The notes beneath the pieces were generated by a model. The model was not told where the DNA came from and ran no database searches. It was given only the letters and a program-made list of their open reading frames with translations. DNA of 63,637 nt, filler included. It is 16 parts of 16 records of this genome, joined end to end, with 100 filler letters (N's around TTAATTAATTAA, not from the genome) between each part and the next. Parts side by side here need not be neighbours in the genome. Positions count along the whole stretch, not along the records: positions 10,122 to 15,441 come from SRR9670534_447; positions 15,542 to 17,702 come from SRR9670534_449; positions 17,803 to 20,197 come from SRR9670534_451; positions 20,298 to 24,224 come from SRR9670534_453; 12 more parts are not named here. The stretch is one strand, 5' to 3'. A program made the translations under genes and the position numbers. Below, in pieces: positions 10,362-22,049 of the stretch (position 1 is the stretch's first letter; every line of letters begins with the position of its first letter).

Positions 10362-12839
10362 ATAAAAGACTTGGTCTTTTTCCTAGCAATTTTGATCGTA
10401 TTTTTATCAGCTTATGGAGTAGCATCACAAGCTGTACTTACTGCACGGTATAACACCACTGATGTATCATTAATTTTTCAATGGGGATCAATCAAAGAAG
10501 TGTTTTATAATCCTTATTGGCAAATGTATGGTGAGCTATTTCTTGATGGTTTGGTGGACTGTGATGCAGAGGAAGGACCAAATTCGGAATGTAATAGCAG
10601 ACCAAATGCTGCAAAAGTTTTTTATGTGGTGTTGCTGGTTATTTACATGATATTTACAAATGTCCTTCTGCTAAACTTGCTCATTGCAATGTTTAGTTAT
10701 ACTTTTCAACTGGTACAGGATAATACTGACATCATATACAAATTTCAAAGATATGCCTTGATAAGAGAATATTATGACAAACCAACTCTAGTCCCTCCCT
10801 TTATCCTTTTTTCACATATATATTTGTTAATAAAATTTTTCATCAAGAAATGTTGTAAAAGAAACAAAGATGCAACCACAAGACATGGCTTCAGTGAGTG
10901 CTATTATTAATAATATGCGAATAATAATAACAATAGCTTATTAATTTTCTAAACATTGTAAACATATTCATTAATGCAACAGAAATAATTTTTTCTACCA
11001 CTTGGATGAAAATATTGTCACAAGCTGATTTTAAATCTAAAGTCAGAATAAGACCTATATGTCCAGTTTTCGAGTAATTTTCAAAAATGTTTCAAAAACT
11101 TATATTAAAGCCCAATTATAACAATAGATGACAAATAGAACATACAGTGTGTTCGCATTATTAATAATTATACATGGTATAGATAAGTATATACAATGAT
11201 ATCACTATTATTATTAATTATGCTTATATTCCTAGAACAAATCCTTACTTCTCCTGAGCAAAATAGGATAAATACATGGGAGGATATGAATTTGAAGGAA
11301 CATTTGAGAAAAGAAGAAATGAAGGCATCTGAACGACAGGAAAATAAAATAAAACAAACTAGTGAACGGATGGATCAATTAATATCCCAAGTGGACCAAT
11401 TAATATTTCTAGAAAGTGAAAACAAAGCCAATGGTATGGCTGCGTCACAACCAGTATGTAGTCCTAATGTTGAAAAAACAGTCGAAGACCTAAAAAGTGA
11501 TTTAAAAAATGTTGTTACTCAAGTAGATCAACTTTTTAAGTACTTTCAAACGCAAAATCCTATTCATTTAAATGACAATGCTTCAACAAATATGGAACAG
11601 ACACAACAAGGAACTGAACCCAGAAGAAACTCTCTCATGCCACTAAATGTAAAGGCTAATCATGTACCTCATGTAAAATCACTCCTAAATCCATACGGAT
11701 TAACCACGACGATCAGCAGATTTGAAGTAGTAGAAACTAAAATTCCTTGGTCAGTGCCATTTCCAGAATATAAACCAACAGAATACACAGACCCTGGCAT
11801 AGTACTTGGCGTAGCTTGGGCAGATCCTGATATAACACGCCCTGTTTCAACACCTCTCTTGTTCAACTGCTATGACGGCGCGTATAAGGTACAACGAGCA
11901 AGCTGCCTAGGCGAATATGTCATTAATGAAGAGGGATTACCATTAAATCCAATGGGTAGAACAGGACTTAAAGGAAGAGGGTTGCTGGGAAGATGGGGAC
12001 CTAACTGGGCTGGAGATCCTGTTGTTACTAGGTAAACACCAAATTAATATTAATTGTAAGGATGATAATCAGATTGCTTGTGTATCATGTCTAACAAAAT
12101 CGTTTTGCAAGGTAACTATGATATGTAGTAATATGCAGTCATCTTATTATAAATAATGCCCATAATAATTATGATATGATACAATAATGTAATATCTTCT
12201 AAGATAGCCCTGACATGGGTTTCCAATAATCCAATAATAATAAATTCAAAATTACATATACTGCATGATGAGAGTAAAACATAATTCGATTACTTATGAG
12301 CTGATTGCAGATGGAAACGCAATGCTTATGGGGATGTAGTCAGAACAAATGGAATGAGAATTTTAGAATTCCTCTGCATTCAACGATCTGATTCAGACGA
12401 CTGGGCACTTCCAGGAGTAACTAACCACGTTTATGAATTAATAATTGCATAGCTAATCAAATAACGTTTTTAGGGATTTTTACCTGAAAACGGTAAAGTT
12501 CATGATGTATTAAAGGCACAGATTACATGTGATACTGAATGTTCTGAACAAATCCAGGGAAACTACCAAACGGAGTTAAGTATTTTCTTTCTAGAAGGGC
12601 ATGAAGTCTTCAGAGGTTACATGGACGATCCAAGAAACACAGATAATGCGTGGGTAGAGACAAAAGCTGTAAATTACCATGACCCAGAAGGAAAGCTTCT
12701 GGATTATTTTCAAATTCGACCTAAAGATGCCAAGTCCGTCAGATGGCAAGATGTGAAATCAAATGTGTTTTATCACGCCAGTCATAAACTTATTCTTGAT
12801 GAAGTCATTCGATATCATCAACCTTCATTTAACACATAA
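10362..12839 (+). CDS. TRPM2: TRPM2-type cation channel, 3' part (S5-pore-S6, TRP box, coiled coil, NUDT9-H domain); exons 10362-10893, 11236-12031, 12311-12416, 12474-12839
   Basis: PYWQMYGELFLD pore, NVLLLNLLIAMFSYTF, YKFQRY..I.EY..KP.L.PPF, PLNPMGRTGLKGRGLLGRWGPN, WALPGG, GYMDDPRNTDNAWVET; hand-spliced exons stay in frame. Confidence 0.93.
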
Positions 12840-13574
12840 TGTGTGCATGTTTATTAAAATGTAATTTACATATGTAATTGTTTACGTTGTTTAAAATTTA
12901 AATGGAGAAATCTTGTAAATTTTGAGAGAATGCAGTTATAAGTAACCACATTGCTTTTATGTGCGCTTTTTGCCTAGGGGTAAAAACGCTTTCTACACCA
13001 AATGCGCCTTTTTGCGGTCAAGCACATGAAAGCATTGTTAAAGCTTTTATCTAGGTAGTAACGTAATATTTAATCAATGTATAATTCTACTATTAATAAT
13101 TAAATATTTTTGTGCCAGGAGTAAACGATTTTAAATTTTATCACTCTAACCTTTCACAATGTGAAGTTAACATAACATACATATTACCAATAGACAAAAA
13201 TAATGTGAAAAAGATCTACTAACTTAAATTAAGTTACTTAATAAACTTCAACAGATCACTTCACAAAGCTATGTTAAAACTTAATAACTATAACTAGGTA
13301 CTATTAAATAGGACAGAAAATAGTTTAACATTTATCTAGCTAAAATACTACATACTAAATATTATTGGATATGCTGAGATCAAGTACCCCACTTACAGCT
13401 AGGGCCAAATTATAACGGGCATAATAATAAACAATAAAAAAGGATCCCTGATTCACTCAGAACTCCAGTCAGGAATCTTTTTTTTATTGTTGTAGCAAGT
13501 TTCTAATATGTATCTCTAAAATAATATACATGTATTATGAATATTGCAATTTTCATAAAGAAAATTGCACTTAC

Positions 13575-14880
13575 CACGTATATAGGTAAAGTTACCTGGA
13601 GAAAAGTTGATCCATACGGTCATAAGATCATACGGAATAAGTAATAAATGGTAGAATGCTATTTAACTCTGGAATAGAACCTCTTGCATGTGATGGATCC
13701 CAAAATGGTGGTCTAAACAAAACCAAATACTAACATAATAGCTTAATTACATATTCTATTGTATTACTAACAATAAGGTAATAGGTATTATTTATTACAA
13801 TCCCATCATAGTTTAACGTAGGTAGTATTGTTACACTTTTAGTGTGTTGTCCGTTTTTTTCCGTCTTCTCATAATGACATTTGTAACGGTGGAGCTGATA
13901 GTCAACTGTTGCCAATGCCCACAATTTGTGGGCCACAAAAATGTAACAATACCATAGTAGTCACTACAATAAATGTAACAATACCATAGTCATCTGGGTC
14001 CCTTGTTCGTGTACAACCCGCGTAACATTTTGAGGATTTTCTCCTTTAAAATCAATGACAAGTTCGCCATTAGGTCCAAATGTTGCCAATGCCTATAAAA
14101 AATAATAAAGTTGTAAAATGGTATTGCACAGTGCATCATGGAGTATGCATGGCATGTACTCACGACAGTACCTGCAGGCATCATGATAAATGTTTCGGTA
14201 TCGCCTTGCATTTACTACATGGCTTGAAAATGTTATTAATAGGTATGTAATAGGTACATAAGTTTAACTTGATAATACCAAAAAAAAATTGTACAACATT
14301 TTGGTTCAACCAGCTAATAAATTAATACATAATTTAGAATTATAGTAACGCTTAGCATGTATTATTATGCGTTTATTATTATTAAATAGAATAATAATAA
14401 TACGTATTTCAATTTAGCTCTGAAAATGGAGAATATTATTTCTCTGAGCTAATTCGCTAAACATAACCTACATGGTACTGACAGTACTAACCTTACTGTA
14501 CCTGGAATAAGCAATATGTATAGCATGCTACATACATACATACTGTACATATATGGTATATGTAACTATAGTTATAACTTAAGTTAATACATACCTTAGG
14601 TATGTACATAATTACATACTTACTTATAATACATAGTTACAATAACGCTACAAAATGTTCAATAAAGAATAAACCTCTTCCATCTCCTTTTTCGATGATC
14701 TTTCATTCACAGTTTCAAATGGCTTATCAATTTCAAAATCTTGATTAAATGTTTTGTACCCCATTGCGATTGTTTTGATGTTCATGTGGTTTTTATTATC
14801 AAGACTTTGAGTGATATTTACAACACTAGAAGCCACAGCCATCATTTTTCGCATTGCCCAAGGGATACCTAAAGTTTAGG
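13575..14880 (-). pseudogene. Possible decayed multi-exon gene of unknown identity
   Basis: Coding-like blocks with splice-like ends (13575-13712, ~13800-14095, ~14675-14870) but with in-frame stops and an internal 20-bp direct duplication (aaatgtaacaataccatagt twice, ~13939-13990). Confidence 0.25.
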
Positions 14881-16489
14881 TCCTAAACTGCAGTCATGAT
14901 AAGATGTACTGTCCTGATACTGTATGGCACCACACTTTTTTAAAACTAGCCCAACTTTATTAATAACTCTAGTAGCATTTTATTACTGACAGTACCGTAC
15001 TGCACCTGCAATTACTAGTAGTACAATGTATTACTAGTACATACGGTACGTGTAATGATAACATGTTATGCATAATGCTACCTCCGTGGTATGTGTAATA
15101 GCACATGTATTCTAAGTTAGAATTTCTAATTAGCAAAGCACATAGCACTGTTAATAACAAAGCATATAGGCCTACACTGTAAATACTATTGTATATATGT
15201 ACTGGTAAAAGTATACAGGTTTGTTATTAAAAGCCTTATTATACAGTTAACTTCTGCTACTTAGGTATATTATCGGTCGCAATAATATTATGACCTTTCA
15301 GGTATAAATACACTGTGTATGTAGGGTAGGAAGGTATGTGTAATACACATTTTGTATGTTACACGTATTACCTATGTACCTATCATAATAATATAACTAA
15401 AAATAATATGCCGTATTACAGTGTACATGTACACTGTAATANNNNNNNNNNNNNNNNNNNNNNNNNNNNNNNNNNNNNNNNNNNNTTAATTAATTAANNN
15501 NNNNNNNNNNNNNNNNNNNNNNNNNNNNNNNNNNNNNNNNNGAAGAAAAATAAGGCCTGCCGCTTACATCTTATTAATAAAGCCATAGACCCTTAGATTT
15601 GTATATAAATAAATAAAGTATTTCCGAAATCGAAAAAGTTGTCGCTGTTTTGTCGTAGAATTTCCACAATGAAAACAAGATGTGTCCGTTACGCTGTATG
15701 TTTTTATTATTAATAATAATGAAAACAAATCTTTGCTCATAGTTTAAAAGGTGTCGTTGTTATCTCAAAGATTTTCCACGCAATTACCAGTTATTAGTAA
15801 TAAATCAGATTAACCAGGAATAAGTAATTGGCAATTCAGATAATGTCTTAATCTACTCAATTCCCATTAATGTAATTTATTAATAACAAAATTCTAGCAT
15901 TATCATTATAATATATTATAATAATACCTAATTTAATTGAATTAGACAGTTAATTATAATTATGAAAAGAATCAATATCAACGCAAAACTATATTACCAT
16001 AATTTATGTGCAGCAAAATAATTTAATCTTATAATTTAATCATATTACACTACTAAACAATAATTGTGTGTCCACTTGAACTATTTTGCCCTAAGTAAAC
16101 ATCCTGAAAGGTTGCTCAAATAATAATACTCCAAGCTGTGCTTATTTTTTATTTAATCTTATACATTATAGTTAGTAACAATTAAGTTATATGTAAAACA
16201 ATATAACAAATAATTTCATAAAACACAAAGAGCTCCTAAATAGTCAATGATTTTTAAGCTTTTGTTGACAAAAAACAACAAACTATTCAAACAAACATGT
16301 ATATATACATACAAAACATTAATAAAATTTCAGAAAATAATACTTACTATAGTAAACAATAATTTCAAATAACAATACTACGAGTAAAAGCTGTAAAAGC
16401 CAAAAACTACCTAATTTACTCTAAATAGGCTAAATCTACCTAATTTGCGCTACATAATTAAATTAATATATGATTGAGATCCTGTAAGA

Positions 16490-17702
16490 CTAGGTGTCAG
16501 ATTCACCTGCCCCCTTATCATCACAGACATTTAACAGAATTTTCTCAATAGCTTCCATGAACATTTGCACCAAGCCATCTTTAAGCCATTTATCAGAAAA
16601 TAAGGGGTTTATCATAAATTTACCCTTAAAGGTTGAAACACACATAAAAAATGAACATGCATTCAAAACTGCTAACCTTGTTGGCAATTTACCCCCTGGG
16701 ACCAAGCCAAAATAATGAGCATTCAAATCCACCATTTTTGGACCAGATAGTTCTGGCTTTTTACCAGCATCACAATTGCCTAAATTACTAAGCGAGTAAC
16801 TGGACTTTAACCCCAAACCAGCAAAAAGTTCCAAGACACCTGTTGGATTCTCTTCTTGTTCCATTTGCTTCAATACCAAATTAAAGGACTTGAAGAATAC
16901 TTCGGCCATCAACTTTTTAGATTTATCACCATCCTTTTTTACCCCAATTGCTATATTCTTAACCAAGTTCCAGAACACATCCAAATTATCAATTTCTTCA
17001 TTCTTTGGTTTTGGGAAATTTGATGTTGCTGTGTCTACCAAAATTCCTGCGGACTGTGGGGTTACATTTAGACCATGGAACTTTCTCAAGTCGATCGTCC
17101 ATGCTGCTTTAATCTTTGATGGTAATACCAAATCTTTATCCTCATCCGTCAATAATACCAAAGCATAAGCACAAGCTGCCAACAACACAGGGTGAACTGT
17201 TACACCATGAGCTTTAGCAGCCTTGATGCATAAAGATGTCGCCTTTTCACTAAATGCATAAGGAAAGCATTGATAATGCACCTCCTCAGATGGCTCATTT
17301 TTATTATAGACCAATTGACGATCATCTGTACCAAAGATTCTTGCCTTCATTTTCAGAAGCCAAGCACCAATTTTGAGATAAAAAGGAATCCTTTCAAAGG
17401 ATTCAATTTGTTGCTCATTAAAATAAAGGGGTTCAGCTGCAGGACACCATGGTAGAGGTTTTTCATATTCTTCAGTGCTTTCTTCATTGATTACTCTGGA
17501 TAAAATTGGCAAAAATTGCCTATAAATGATATCAAACATTGACACTGCATCAATTATGGCATGGTGCAGCATAAATAACAAGACAAATTCTTCAGACTCC
17601 TTCACTTCAAAGTACAAAGTTCTCCAAAGTGGGCCATTTTTGGAATCAAAACCCTCAAAACCCTCTTCTTCAACAAACTTTGCCCAATCTTCAACTTTTT
17701 CC
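16490..17702 (-). CDS. Standalone condensation-domain / alcohol-acyltransferase (CoA-dependent acyltransferase fold) protein, 5' truncated
   Basis: Frame open to the contig end (..FDSKNGPLWRTLY..). HHAIIDA matches the HHxxxDG motif; also AAKAHGVTV, IDLRK and SLSNLG motifs; no introns in >1.2 kb. Confidence 0.8.
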
Positions 17703-17940
17703 NNNNNNNNNNNNNNNNNNNNNNNNNNNNNNNNNNNNNNNNNNNNTTAATTAATTAANNNNNNNNNNNNNNNNNNNNNNNNNNNNNNNNNNNNNNNNNN
17801 NNCTTTTTGTTTGTGCATGTGCCCCACTATGTCTATGACTGGCGGTTATGCGACATCTACCTCAATTGTGGTGGGTCACGTGTAACTCGGCCCCCTTTTC
17901 ATTATTAATTACAGGTAGTAATTCAATTATTGGTTTTTAG

Positions 17941-19487
17941 AGGACTTTAACGAAGTTAAGAATCAAAACAAGGTAACTAATGCCATAGAAGCAGTACGGG
18001 TTGCCACTTTGGAATCAAGGTTGGTTTTGACGTTAATGTCACACCTTGATAAATCTCTAAATCAAAAATCCCTCCGAAAATGGTTTGAAGAATTTGAAAT
18101 GCCATGCTACCTATCTTTATCCCACATTGAACTGAATGGTTTTGGAATTGATAGGGAAGCCTTACATTTGCTTATGGATGACATCAAGAATCAAATGACA
18201 ACCACACAGGCAGAAGTTGATAGACTAGCAGCAGCAGGGAAATCTATCACCATTACCAACAATGGAGAAGTTTCACGCATTTTATATCATCACTTAAAAC
18301 TAAAGGTTGAGCCAGATGTCGCCCAAGGCAAAGCGCTGCCTGGGAAAAAAACTAAACACCTTTCAACAAGAAAAGATGTTCTTGAAAAACTTGCTAGCCA
18401 ACACCCATTGCCAGGTTTAATCTTAAAATGGAGAAAACTTAACAATGCCTATAACAAAACTTTACTTCAAATGGAAAAATTCGCAGTTGGTAACGCTCTG
18501 ACGAGAATGTGGAGATTGCATGGAACTTGTTCTACGTTTACAGAGACTGGAAGAATACACATGAGAGATCCAAATTTACTATCTGTTCCCAGGGATATCG
18601 ACCTGAATGATAGTGATGGTTCTGGAACAGTTGTAAGTCTAAGAAAGCTTTTTGTACCATTTGAGGGAATGATCTTGGTATCAGCCGACTTTTCGCAGTT
18701 GGAACTGAGACTTTTGGCGCATTTGTCTCAAGATAAAAATTTAAACAAATTCTTCAACTCTGGTGGTGACGTTTTCAAAATGATTGCAGTCCAGTGGAAA
18801 GGTCATGATTCCATCGACGCTGTCACCAATAGCGAGCGAAATACCGTTAAACAGATATGCTATGGCATTATATATGGAATGGGTAGTAAGGCTTTGGCAG
18901 AAAAGCTTGAAATTTCTGTTGAAACTGCTCACATGTATAAAGAACAGTTTAAAGCAGCTTTCCCGGGCATTGATCCTTTTATTAGCGAAACTAAACATTT
19001 TTGTCTTGAAAATGGTTATGTTGAGACCATTGTTGGTAGGAGAAGGTATTTACCAGAGATTAAGAGTAAAAATGCTGGACATGTAGCCAAAGCAGAAAGA
19101 CAATCCGTGAACACAAGAATTCAAGGCTCTGGTGCTGACATAATCAAAAAATGTATGGTCCTTATTCAAGAAAAATTTCGTCAACAGAGTTTGGTTTCCA
19201 ATATAACTTACAAAAGCTTTTGTGAAAGTAAGTTAGTTGTATTGTTTGATAGAGTTACTAACTGCTACTCTTTAGATGACAAACTTAAGCTTGACGACTT
19301 GATGACAAAAAGCCATTTAATTTTACAGTTGCATGACGAGTTAATTTTTGAAATACCAAAATTGCACTTTAAGCAATATTGTAGCATTATTAGAAATTGC
19401 ATGGAAAATGTCATGGCTGAGTTAGGTCTTCATCTGGTTGTTAACATAAAAGCTGGGGATAATTGGTCAGAATTGTTTCCTATTTAA
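17941..19487 (+). CDS. POLQ: DNA polymerase theta, family-A polymerase domain (3' exons)
   Basis: EMP...L..IELNGFG, STRKDVLEKL...HPLPGLILKWRK, TGRI....PNL..VPRD, SADFSQLELRLLAHLS, KQICYGIIYGMG, ERQSVNT.IQGS.ADI.K, LQLHDELIFE. Confidence 0.9.
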
Positions 19488-20595
19488 TAATTGATAAATT
19501 CTTTTACTTAATCTAACAACTTTTTAAAATATTATTTAGTAAATAATTTGTTTGTGTTGTTTTGTTCACCTGTAGGTGATAACCCTTAATAGGTAATTAT
19601 TAATAAGTATAACCATTTTATGGTCTGTTTAGTAAACAGTGCTTACTATATAATATAGTCATTTCAGTTTTATTCTGATGATCAAATGTATCAATTATTC
19701 AGATTTTTATTGAGAACGATATTAATATGATTACGTTTTAAAAGTGTATACAATAAAATGCTGACTTAATTTAATGTCATTGTTGTAATAATTCTTTGCA
19801 AAAAGGCCGCCAATCATTTTAATACCAAATAAACTTACACTAATAAGTATAATAAATATTGAATTAACAATCACAACATCTTTATTTCAAATTGAAATTT
19901 TCAATTGATAATACAATTTTGCTAATGTTTTGAGTCAAAACTTTTGACACTTAAAATTTGTCATAGGACCTATCATCAAAGTCTCATGGTGCACCATCAT
20001 GTCCATGCAAAAATGTAATACAGGTAATCTAGAAGTGCTCTATATACCTCTGTAACAAAATTATTAAAATTTTTATGTAGAACATCTCTTAGAAGTTCTA
20101 TATATTTCCATGAAAAAATTAACATTTTGCTTAGAAAATCTCATAAAAGTACTTGATATATTATCTCTATGAGAAAATTACTAAAATTTTACTTGAANNN
20201 NNNNNNNNNNNNNNNNNNNNNNNNNNNNNNNNNNNNNNNNNTTAATTAATTAANNNNNNNNNNNNNNNNNNNNNNNNNNNNNNNNNNNNNNNNNNNNGCA
20301 CTTTATTTCGCACATACCCGATATTATGAATAATAACTTCATGTTCTATAATTGCACAACTACTTTGAAATATGTAATATTATTAATAAACATGTGATCT
20401 TGTTTGTCTATTAGTATTATAATATTAATAAACTACAAATAAATACCTGTAACTGTAGTATTGATAATTATTACACTGTTATAACATTCAAGTATATTTA
20501 TAATATATTTTCATAATTATTATTAATAACTATAGTTAATTAGCATTTTTAGATAAGTCACTTTTGACTTCATTTGGAATTGCTGCTCTTGAGGT

Positions 20596-21340
20596 ATGGT
20601 TGATTGCTATGATAGTCAGTTTGGAGGAGTTGATTCAGGTGCCTCAAAGACATTTCCTGCACAGTCTTCTTCCTTACGAAAAAATGGACATGTAATGCTG
20701 AAAAGTAGACCATGCAAGATCGTCCATAAGAATACATTTAAAACTGGAAAACATGGCCATGATAAAGTTCACTTGGTTGGTGTTGATATTTTTACTGGCA
20801 AAAAATATGAGGGTATGGCTACTTCAACGCATAACATGGACGTTCCGGTTATTAAAAGAACGGACTTTCAGGTATGTTGGCTAATGAAATAATAATTATC
20901 AAAATGTTTCTCATAAATGATGATAAAGTTTTATAAATATTTGAAGCTTGTTGATGTAAACGTTGAAGAAGGATTTTTAAGCTTGATGGATAATGCGGGT
21001 GAAATGAAGGAAAATATTCGAATTCCTGATGGAGATTTGGGTACTGACATAGAGGAGAAGTTTGATTGTGGCGATTCCTATATGGTATTTCTATATGTAG
21101 TTAACTTTTTTTATTAATAACCACCATTAGTGCTCTACTAATTACTTATAAGTTATTAACAAAGTGCCTATATCATATATTATTTTCAGTGAAATAATAT
21201 GGCAGGTTTATCTGACTGAAAAATTTTAATTCGTGTTTTAATCAACTGATTTTGACAACTACATTTTTTAGGTTACGATTTTAGCAGCAGTGGATGAAGA
21301 AGCAGCAATTGCTATCAAACCAACGGGCAAGAATAAATAA
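20596..21340 (+). CDS. EIF5A: Translation factor eIF5A, divergent (exons 20596-20871, 20947-21084, 21272-21340)
   Basis: [53 protein letters not shown]-terminal [16 protein letters not shown]. Confidence 0.93.
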
Positions 21341-22049
21341 ATAAATGGTTAGCTGAATTGAAATTCAATTATTGAATACCTACGTTTTCTTCTAATTTTT
21401 ATTTGATATTACAAAAATATTATTATCTAATTGATAAATATACAGTTATTAATAATTATTACAACTACTACTTACTTTTAATAATATATAATAATTATAA
21501 TAATAATAATAATAACAACAACAACCAATATCATGATATCATGATGCATCATCTTTAAGTATCTTTATTTGTAAGTTATGAAACGATTGTAATTTATAAC
21601 AGTTCATAGGCCTAGAAAATTCATGTTTTTAAAAAGATTTGGTTGGTATCTATCTAAAACTGCATGTTACTCTTGACATTTCCAAAATTATTTGTTTGTG
21701 AACCACCCTAATACACAACCTTTATATCATATAAATTATATATGCAGTGTAAGTATCTATAAATGCTAAATCGTCAAGATATTGACTCAAACAGTCGAAG
21801 TTACCCCTGTGAAATTGTCTTTTTTTCCTAGGTTAATAAAATTTATTATAAATTAGTAGCTATATATAATGAATAACTTATTATAACTTTGAAATCACAA
21901 TACTATTCATAATCTAAAGGTAGCCATGGAAGCCAAATCATTTCAATGATGGCATCCATTGAACTGAGAAATTCTGAAGTTACTGATTTGCTTTAGTAGC
22001 CCTAATAAAAATAAGGATTTGGCTCTTTTTATTAATAATAACAATTAAT

